Shown: in pieces, positions 44,629 to 51,360 of the stretch
Numbering within the stretch: position 1 is the first letter of the stretch
How the letters are laid out: each line of letters starts with the position of its first letter
NCBI GenBank assembly: GCA_964574355.1
Contig: CAZNMD010000005.1
Location: forward strand, 1 to 51,360
Length of the DNA: 51,360 nucleotides
Direction of reading: 5' to 3'
Origin: an uncultured Candidatus Saccharibacteria bacterium
GTDB taxonomy: Bacteria; Patescibacteriota; Minisyncoccia; Phycocordibacterales; DSPV01
The notes under the pieces: generated by a model
What the model was told of the DNA's origin: nothing
The model's database searches: none
Seen by the model: the letters and a program-made list of their open reading frames with translations, nothing else
Program-made: the position numbers and the translations under genes

Positions 44629-44709
44629 TGCGCGGGAGAGGACTTGAACCTCCATGCCTTGCGGCACTTGCTCCTAAGGCAAGCGTGTCTGCCATTTCAC
44701 CACCCGCGC
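44629..44709 (-). tRNA. tRNA-Leu(TAG)
   Basis: GCGCGGG acceptor, CTTGC-CTTAGGA-GCAAG, long variable arm, GGTTCAAGTCC. Confidence 0.95.
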
Positions 44710-44843
44710 GTAACCTGCATCATACCGCGCCTTCACAGAGCCGTACAGGACTAATTGACAAAACACATATATAATGATAATATACGCGCAGAATTCAGCT
44801 TTGTTTAGAACATTGAAACAACCAACAAAGAGAAAAGATACCT

Positions 44844-46241
44844 ATGAACACTGTAGGTCAGTTTATCCTTAGCTCGCTTCTGCTCCTCGTTGCAGCAGTA
44901 GTAGCGCTCATCATCCTTCGACTAGTCATACGTTTTTTGTTATACGTCATGGCCAAGGAAAACACTCTATTTACCCTTCGCACAGAAGGAGAAATACGAG
45001 CAATCATGTTCGGAGAAAAATGCATCCAGTACGTGATGGCGGTTGAAAACCACATCATTGACCCAGATGATTTCGATATCTTCAAAGGAGATATCGACGC
45101 CTATGAGCAATATCTCTACTAAATTGGACAAGGGGCACGCGCTACCGACCCACATTTTGTAGAAAAAAAACTTGTTGTCGATCCAACGACGGGCAACTCA
45201 CTACCCCAATTACGTAGTGATTTTAGAGATCGACTTGTACGAGCCAACAAGCCTTCGTGGTTTGAGCGACACTTTGGTGTGGTTTGGATTGGCTTTCCTC
45301 CTTACCACGTGTTTACCTATCGGTTCGTTTGGACCAAATACAAACAAAGCACCGTCGCCGAAAATGAAACCGGCGAACGTAATGCTGCGTACGAAATGAT
45401 TCCACGAGAAGAAGATGATATTGATTCACTCTACTTCCGCTATCCAACCTATGGACTCTTCATCGGCAAACAAGAAACAGGATCAGGTTCTGTTGCGACC
45501 CTTGTCGGAACAGGGCCATCTGGAAAAGGCACCTTGGAAAAAGTTCAAGTTGACCTTGACCTTGTATTCGAAACACTCACTACAAACCCACAGAAAACTC
45601 TGTTTCGGTCAACAGGGTTATCATCAGCCGGTGATTGGCTCGTAGCGGTCGTTGCTGAGATTGAAACATTCATACGGGTATGGGTTGGAGAAAGAACCTA
45701 CGATGACCTCCTAAACGCACAAAGAGGGGGGGCATCGCTTGACGACAGTATTCGTGAAGTGATTAAACGGATCAACGAAAAAACCATCCCGGACTATGGT
45801 CAAGAAGTGACCAGAATCCGTATAGTGGCAGTTGAGTTGACCAACAAATCATTTCAAGAATCAGTTGCAACCTACTTTCGAGAAAAACAAAAAGCGGACG
45901 CCGCGGTTGAAACCGCTCGCGGACGTGTCACACTTGCAGAGGCAACTCGGAAAGAAATGGCAGCTGAACTCCTCGGACAAGCTGATGGCTATGAAGCTAT
46001 CGCAGGTGTCACTGGAGGACACGGGCCAGGTATGTACCGAGCGGCCCAAATTGGTGGAGGTGGTATCAAGGTTCTCTCTGTTGGTAGCGGAAGTGGCAAT
46101 ATCATGAACCTTCCGGAATCAATTCTCGGGGAGGCTCCTGAGGCTCCGGTACCACCCGAAGAAACAACACCTTCCGCAACAGAAACCTCAAAGTCACCCA
46201 AACCTCCATCAGGTAAAAAATGGAGGAAAAGGAGACGTTAG
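44844..46241 (+). pseudogene. SPFH/Band-7-like membrane protein interrupted by one in-frame TAA (45120-45122)
   Basis: The 44844 and 45279 ORFs share a frame and the gap between them is open (YLY*IGQGARAT...FERHFGVVWIGFPP). TM, then an SPFH-like YGQEV..IRI segment and an Ala/Glu-rich tail. TTGACA at 44755. Confidence 0.6.
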
Positions 46242-46268
46242 AGCGACCAAATCAATTGGTCATCCACA

Positions 46269-46298
46269 AAGCCCCAGGACAAAATCCTGGGGCTTTTT
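46269..46298 (+). terminator. intrinsic terminator
   Basis: AAGCCCCAGGA-CAAAA-TCCTGGGGCTTTTT. Confidence 0.75.
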
Positions 46299-46381
46299 AC
46301 ATTGACAAATGTAATAAAATCTGTTAAGATTATAGGTAGATCGTAGACTAAAAAACTCTACCAGAAAGGTTCATTGTAACT

Positions 46382-47269
46382 ATGAATTCAACTTGGATAT
46401 GGTTATTCGGTAAAATCATCCTTGGAATTCTTCTTTTTGCTGGAATCCTCGGACTAATTGCGCTTTGGTTTCAAAGTCGTTCGCCAAAATACAAAAGAGC
46501 GACAAAAAAAACCAAGGCCACTGCGGCCATCACAACACCTCCCGCGCCGGCCACGGCTCCCACTGCCCCTCTGACAACGGAAACGTCAGGAACAGAACCG
46601 AAAGACAAGAAAGAGTCATCGGTAACGATGAAATGGCTTGTCTGGATCGCTCTTATTTGGACAGTGATCCTTGCTGGTTGGGACATCTGGTATCACCCCC
46701 AAAACTGGAAGAGAGATCTTCTTGTTGCAGGAGTGACACTATCGGTGTTACTGGTCGTTGGAAGTCCTTATCTTTCGAAGTCGGAAGACAAAAAGAAGGA
46801 CAGCAAAGATGGTTACACCTTCGGAAAACTCATCGGCAACACGCTGAAGTTTTTTCTGAAAGTAATCATTTTTGCACCAATCTGGCTCCTCCTTTTTGGA
46901 GCATTCTACCTCTGGATCTGGCTCCCTTCATACAGGAGCACCTATGGAATTGAAGAACCTCGCGGGCAAGGAGTGTCCAAAACCTTCCCTTACAAGATCA
47001 CCATTCCGATCTCGCCGGATCCAACCGGTGCATACAGCGCAGCGCTCTACGTCCAAGATGGAGGGAAAGTCCAATTCGACTGGAATAACTTTCCAAAAAA
47101 CGTCTGGCTCGACATCTGCTGGAATGGTAAAGACGTGACTCGGATGTACCCAGTCAATCATCCCCTTTGGAAACAACCTTGGGGCACAAACATCCACACA
47201 ATAGAGTTCAAGGCGGTCCTTGTACCGGCCGGAACCACATCAGTAGAGCTCGGCTACAGCTTAAAGTAA
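46382..47269 (+). CDS. hypothetical membrane protein
   Basis: Four hydrophobic segments, a Thr/Pro/Ala linker and a C-terminal soluble domain; TTGACA-N17-TAAGAT promoter at 46302; terminator at 47280-47324. Confidence 0.75.
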   Translation: MNSTWIWLFGKIILGILLFAGILGLIALWFQSRSPKYKRATKKTKATAAITTPPAPATAPTAPLTTETSGTEPKDKKESSVTMKWLVWIALIWTVILAGWDIWYHPQNWKRDLLVAGVTLSVLLVVGSPYLSKSEDKKKDSKDGYTFGKLIGNTLKFFLKVIIFAPIWLLLFGAFYLWIWLPSYRSTYGIEEPRGQGVSKTFPYKITIPISPDPTGAYSAALYVQDGGKVQFDWNNFPKNVWLDICWNGKDVTRMYPVNHPLWKQPWGTNIHTIEFKAVLVPAGTTSVELGYSLK

Positions 47270-47340
47270 CGTAGCCCACAACATCCACCAACCTACCTTT
47301 GGGTAGAGTCGGTGGATGTTTTTTAATACCAAAATTTCTC

Positions 47341-47607
47341 CTAAAACGGTAAATTCGTATGAGTAACGTTCAACAACTTTAGTATCAGTCGAATGATACC
47401 AAACACAGCAACCATAATAAACATTCCCAACAATCCCCACACAATTGATGATTTTCCACGGCGTCGCTCTTCTTCAGAGGACATTTTAGACATGAAGCGT
47501 AAGAGCCCATACACAAAAACAATAATTGCCGAGACAAAAATAACAATAAGAATCGGGTTTATTATTTCTCGATTAACTGCCAGAAGAAATGTATTAAATG
47601 AAGCCAT
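47341..47607 (-). CDS. TrbC/VirB2-like pilin-family membrane protein
   Basis: Two TM helices around ...EEERRRGKSSIVWGLLGMFIMVAVFGII. Confidence 0.75.
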   Translation of the reverse strand: MASFNTFLLAVNREIINPILIVIFVSAIIVFVYGLLRFMSKMSSEEERRRGKSSIVWGLLGMFIMVAVFGIIRLILKLLNVTHTNLPF

Positions 47608-47744
47608 AAAAAATTAAAAATCTTTCGTTTATAGTATGAATGTCCTTTTATTATCGCATACAGTTGTTTTTCATTTTTCCATTTGTGCACATACAAAAAA
47701 TCCCGAGAAAACCTCGGGATTTTTTGAACTCAACGCCAGTAAAC

Positions 47745-48134
47745 TTAAATACTGATGACTGGAAGAGTAGGAGCTGTGTACGAAGATGTCGTATCAATGT
47801 TGAAGATCGTCTGCAAGAGCGTAACGAGTCCCCACAATGAAACCATGACGGTGATAGCAATAACACCCCAAATCATGATCGAGCGGCCACTCTCTCGAGC
47901 ACCTTCATCACCTGCAGCAAGAACGAATTTAGCAAGACCCCAAAGGAAGAAGAGGACGGCAAGCGTCAACATGAATGGCACGAGTGCCGAAACAATGTCG
48001 ATAATTGACTGAATAACTGGAACAAGTGTTCCACTAAGACCGCCACCACCGCCAGGACCAGGGCCCTGAGCAAACGCCGACAACGGACTCAAAGCTGCGA
48101 GAGCACTTCCAACTGCAACAATTTTCCTATACAT
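47745..48134 (-). CDS. TrbC/VirB2-like pilin-family protein
   Basis: Signal peptide (PLSAFAQ), then LFFLWGLAKFV..AGDE....GRSIMIWG...VMVSLWGLV. Confidence 0.8.
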   Translation of the reverse strand: MYRKIVAVGSALAALSPLSAFAQGPGPGGGGGLSGTLVPVIQSIIDIVSALVPFMLTLAVLFFLWGLAKFVLAAGDEGARESGRSIMIWGVIAITVMVSLWGLVTLLQTIFNIDTTSSYTAPTLPVISI

Positions 48135-48275
48135 ACGAATAGTTAGGTTTTAAACCTTAAATTAATAAATTAGTAAACGACCTTATTTATTTCTTATACC
48201 CAATAACTATAGCGTGGTGGTGAATATCGCACAACAGATTTTCAACTCTCATTGTGGATATGTATAAAAAATTAT

Positions 48276-49016
48276 TTATTCTTTAAACTGCGGGAAAAGA
48301 ATCATGTAATTACCATCTGGAAGGCTCCCTGTCGCCACAGCCAAAGCAGACATAATGCCCCAAAATGAGATAGAAACAGTAAACACAATAACTCCCCAAA
48401 CCAAAAGAAGTTTCCCTGTCTCTATGCCATCTTCATCCCCCGCAGACAATGCCCAAAGAAAACGTGCAATTCCATAAAAGAACACCAACCAGGTTAACAA
48501 AAGCAACGTTGCTTGAACGAGTTCAGCAAGAGGACGAAAATCATTTTTAACAATCTCAAAAAGGGTATTCTCTCGACCTGCAGGACTAACAACGCCCGAC
48601 ACTCCAGGAAGATTCGTCGGAGCAATATTAAATGTTCGCAATATGACAAAGGCAATACTCCAAATAGAGACAAAAACAAAAATTGCAACAACTCCCCATA
48701 CCATAATACGACGACCGTCTTCATGGCTTTTTTCGTCACCTGCCCTATAAACAAATTTAGCAAGACCCCAAAGGAAGAAGAGAACTGACAGCGTGAGCGC
48801 AAACGGCACTAACGCATAGATAAGATCAAGGATTCCAATCCCAGTAGTAAAGGGGCCCCCTCCAAACAGAGGCCTTAGTGTTTCAAAAAAGCTTGTTCCG
48901 CCACCACCTGAAGGGGGTGGTTGTGCAAAAACAAAAAGGGGCGCGAACACACCGAGCGCCACAAAAACAACCCCAACAATGCTAAATAAATTTTTTCCAG
49001 AGTTTGGCTTTTTCAT
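48276..49016 (-). CDS. pilin-family protein with two tandem pilin-like units
   Basis: Start MKKPNS at 49016; two copies of FF.G.A.F...AGDE.....G...VWGV. Confidence 0.75.
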   Translation of the reverse strand: MKKPNSGKNLFSIVGVVFVALGVFAPLFVFAQPPPSGGGGTSFFETLRPLFGGGPFTTGIGILDLIYALVPFALTLSVLFFLWGLAKFVYRAGDEKSHEDGRRIMVWGVVAIFVFVSIWSIAFVILRTFNIAPTNLPGVSGVVSPAGRENTLFEIVKNDFRPLAELVQATLLLLTWLVFFYGIARFLWALSAGDEDGIETGKLLLVWGVIVFTVSISFWGIMSALAVATGSLPDGNYMILFPQFKE

Positions 49017-49023
49017 ATAAGGT

Positions 49024-49476
49024 TTAAGGTAATCCTCGAATAGAATTAATGGTCGATTCAATTCCTTTTGCGATTGCCCATGCCCCCAATAGCACAAGAC
49101 CGCCAATAAATGACCAGAAAAAAGCTTTTTGAGCAGTCGCGAGTTTAGCAGGATTACCCTGAGCAGTCACAAAGAGAAAACCTGACCAAATAATACCAAG
49201 TGCAAGAACAATTCCGCCGATTGGAATAATCACATTATCAAAAACAAGCTTCATAAAATCAAGAAGATTGTCAGCGCCAGCACCCTCAAGAGGGTTTGGA
49301 ATATTCACCTCGGTATCACCCGGTGTCGGACCTACTGACCCACCACTTGGCGGTTGTGCAAACAGTAAAACAGGTGAAATGATACTAAAACCCAAAACAA
49401 CAACTATTAATACTTTTGAAAAAAAAGGGAGTAATGAATGCATACGTGTTTTTTTTGAACTGATCATAATTATCAT
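49024..49476 (-). CDS. TrbC/VirB2-like pilin-family protein
   Basis: PVLLFAQ, IPNPL and IIWSGFLFVTAQGNPAKLATAQKAFFWSFIG. Confidence 0.8.
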   Translation of the reverse strand: MIIMISSKKTRMHSLLPFFSKVLIVVVLGFSIISPVLLFAQPPSGGSVGPTPGDTEVNIPNPLEGAGADNLLDFMKLVFDNVIIPIGGIVLALGIIWSGFLFVTAQGNPAKLATAQKAFFWSFIGGLVLLGAWAIAKGIESTINSIRGLP

Positions 49477-49479
49477 CTA

Positions 49480-49917
49480 CTACTTAAGGAATGAAGCTGC
49501 GCCTGATCCTAGAAGTGCTGTTTCTATCATTTTAACAATGAGCCAAGCTGAAAGCGCCACGATAAACCCTGTTGCAACCTTACCAAAAATACGATGGGCA
49601 CTGGCTATTTTTCCAGGATTGCCTCCACTTGTTGCGTATAAAAATCCCGCGTAAGCAAAAGAAACGGCAGCAAGAAGCGTTGAAACCCACAAAAGCACAT
49701 CAATTATATTTCCCAGAAACTTTATAAAATCTGCAAACTCACACTGTTCAGATTGACCCACCACCCCATCAACAGCGCCCCCTTTTGAACCATCAAACCC
49801 GCACGGAGCAATATCATCGCCAGGCCTCCATGCGTGCGCAAAAAAAGGCGCGCTCATAAAAACAAACAACATACCTAGTAAAAACAATTGTCTTCCTCTT
49901 TTTTTGATAGAAATCAT
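49480..49917 (-). CDS. TrbC/VirB2-like pilin-family protein
   Basis: PC...C.F.DF and YAGFLYATSGGNPGKIASAHRIF..VATGFIVALSAWLIV. Confidence 0.8.
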   Translation of the reverse strand: MISIKKRGRQLFLLGMLFVFMSAPFFAHAWRPGDDIAPCGFDGSKGGAVDGVVGQSEQCEFADFIKFLGNIIDVLLWVSTLLAAVSFAYAGFLYATSGGNPGKIASAHRIFGKVATGFIVALSAWLIVKMIETALLGSGAASFLK

Positions 49918-49928
49918 ACGCGAAGCAT

Positions 49929-51227
49929 TTAATAAACCGACACAGGTGTCACACTTTCCAATTCTTTTTGTCCTCGTGTGACCGCTTCAAGCGAATTTTT
50001 TTCGCCAGAGATAGTTGAATTAATCATTCGACCAAATACTCCGAAAGAAGCTTCTGGATCGGGATCGAGCCACGAGCGACCCATGATTGCCGACTCATAC
50101 AACGAAGCGCCATACACATCACCTGGAGGAACAGAGAGAAGATCTCGCCGTGCCGGCGCAATACCTAAAGCTAACGCCAAATAAGAGCTTGCATCACTCG
50201 ACATAAAAATTGAAAGAATAATATCTCGCGCATCAACCGCTTTTGGACTCGTACGCAAAGCGACAATTCCATACGAACGAGCAAGTGTTGTTTTTATCTT
50301 TGCCGAAAGAGGTTGCGGCATAGGCGCAATATCAAAATTCAAATTTGGATTTTTATCCCTAATAATTCGAGCCTCACTCGCAAAACCTAAATAAAACGTC
50401 AACTTATCTGCAATAAAAGCATCACGCGCCTCAGGAAGTGACCTGTTCCAACTGTAGACAGGATAGGTTGGATTAGAAAACTGAGTGAAAAAATCTAGAG
50501 CATCAATTGATGATTCAATGTTATCCCCACCTAGCGTTGCAACAAGAGCTTGATCACGATATGTCGTAATTGGATTACCAGATTGTAAAAGAAACGTAGC
50601 GAGAATCTCTCGAGCATTGTTAATGTTTGCAGATTCTCCCATCGCAATAGTGCTTCGTGATATCTCAAACGAACGATCACGCACAGTCAAACGCTCAGAA
50701 AGGCCCGGCAACGCAGACCACTGGGTTGGTGGCTTAGCAATACCCGCACTTTGTAAGTGATCTCGATTCCAATAAAAGAAGAAAGGGTCAATCGCGATTG
50801 GCGCGCCAAATGCTCCTCGTGGTCCCCAAAACGTCTCTGCGGCTTGGCCATACGTATCAAAGAAATAACGCTGTGTCACTCTTTCAAGAGGAAGCGATTG
50901 AATTCTCCGCGCGAGAGAAATAATGAGTGAATCCGGTATAAAAACAAGATCCGGACCACGACCATCCGCAATAGCTTCTACAAGATCTCGCTCAAATGTC
51001 TCAGCTTTTTTTTCAGTATACCGAATAACCAAAGGACGAACCCCTGAACGATCGAGACTAGAAAAATATCCACCGACTAATGTTGACGGAGGTGTTCCCC
51101 ACATAGTAAGTTCGATTGGAAAAGCAACTTCCCCACTGCCACGGAATGTCGCAAAGGCTAACAGCCCACCAACGGCCGCAAGACCGAACATGAGCATCAG
51201 GGCGAGTTGGAACTGAGTCATTTTCAT
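49929..51227 (-). CDS. extracellular solute-binding protein (sugar-binding family 1-like)
   Basis: N-terminal TM, LTMWG, G.GPDL, P..ID...YWNRD, PPTQW and NPNLNFDIAPMPQ. Confidence 0.8.
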   Translation of the reverse strand: MKMTQFQLALMLMFGLAAVGGLLAFATFRGSGEVAFPIELTMWGTPPSTLVGGYFSSLDRSGVRPLVIRYTEKKAETFERDLVEAIADGRGPDLVFIPDSLIISLARRIQSLPLERVTQRYFFDTYGQAAETFWGPRGAFGAPIAIDPFFFYWNRDHLQSAGIAKPPTQWSALPGLSERLTVRDRSFEISRSTIAMGESANINNAREILATFLLQSGNPITTYRDQALVATLGGDNIESSIDALDFFTQFSNPTYPVYSWNRSLPEARDAFIADKLTFYLGFASEARIIRDKNPNLNFDIAPMPQPLSAKIKTTLARSYGIVALRTSPKAVDARDIILSIFMSSDASSYLALALGIAPARRDLLSVPPGDVYGASLYESAIMGRSWLDPDPEASFGVFGRMINSTISGEKNSLEAVTRGQKELESVTPVSVY

Positions 51228-51360
51228 TTTAGTTTTGCAATAAACCCATAATGACTAGCTCCTGCGGAAATGTTTCGCTCAACCGAAAAACCGTTCTGAA
51301 CAAAAAGAGTCACAGCAGCTTCTTTCGAAATAATCATATCTGCAGAAGGACCCATACCTG
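51224..51360 (-). CDS. C-terminus of a probable class I SAM-dependent methyltransferase (truncated by the window edge)
   Basis: Manual translation ...GMGPSADMIISKEAAVTLFVQNGFSVERNISAGASHYGFIAKLK*; its stop overlaps the next ATG. Confidence 0.5.
   Translation of the reverse strand, partial: GMGPSADMIISKEAAVTLFVQNGFSVERNISAGASHYGFIAKLK

Noticed and set aside
44011-44774. Several overlapping ORFs between tRNA-Lys and tRNA-Leu
   Set aside because: They are shadow frames over GC-rich structured repeats and tRNA genes.
1-51360. Prophage, integron, transposon or defence operon
   Set aside because: No integrase, transposase, reverse transcriptase, phage structural or recognisable defence gene among the ORFs.

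Overview
This is a 51-kb chromosomal segment of a reduced-genome bacterium, most likely Patescibacteria/CPR (Parcubacteria-like). The assignment is inferred from the short PheT/PheS/IF2/RF1 forms, a TrbC/VirB2-like pilin array, a membrane-anchored degenerate Clp ATPase and mostly leaderless genes. Coding content is largely housekeeping (pheST, tsf, rpsB, prfA, rpmE, rplY, fba, dus, ftsQ-like, serS, dprA, topA, parB, miaA, rarA, rpmG, alr, clpB, iscS, infB, rbfA), with 8 tRNAs and several ORFans. No integrase, transposase or cas gene was seen. The most interesting content is non-coding. (1) Between dprA and topA lie three tandem promoter-RNA-terminator cassettes; the third joins a tRNA-like cloverleaf to a close mimic of the 23S rRNA L1 stalk (H77-H78). 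(2) Between dus and fba is a stand-alone, ~500-nt structured RNA unit whose 5' end resembles the sarcin-ricin loop. (3) Four tRNAs carry tails made of an antisense copy of their own 3' end, a structured core and a sense copy; the core covaries between the Lys and Leu-CAA loci. (4) Two tRNAs (Thr, Cys) have duplicated 5' ends upstream. All RNA structures were read by eye, not computed.
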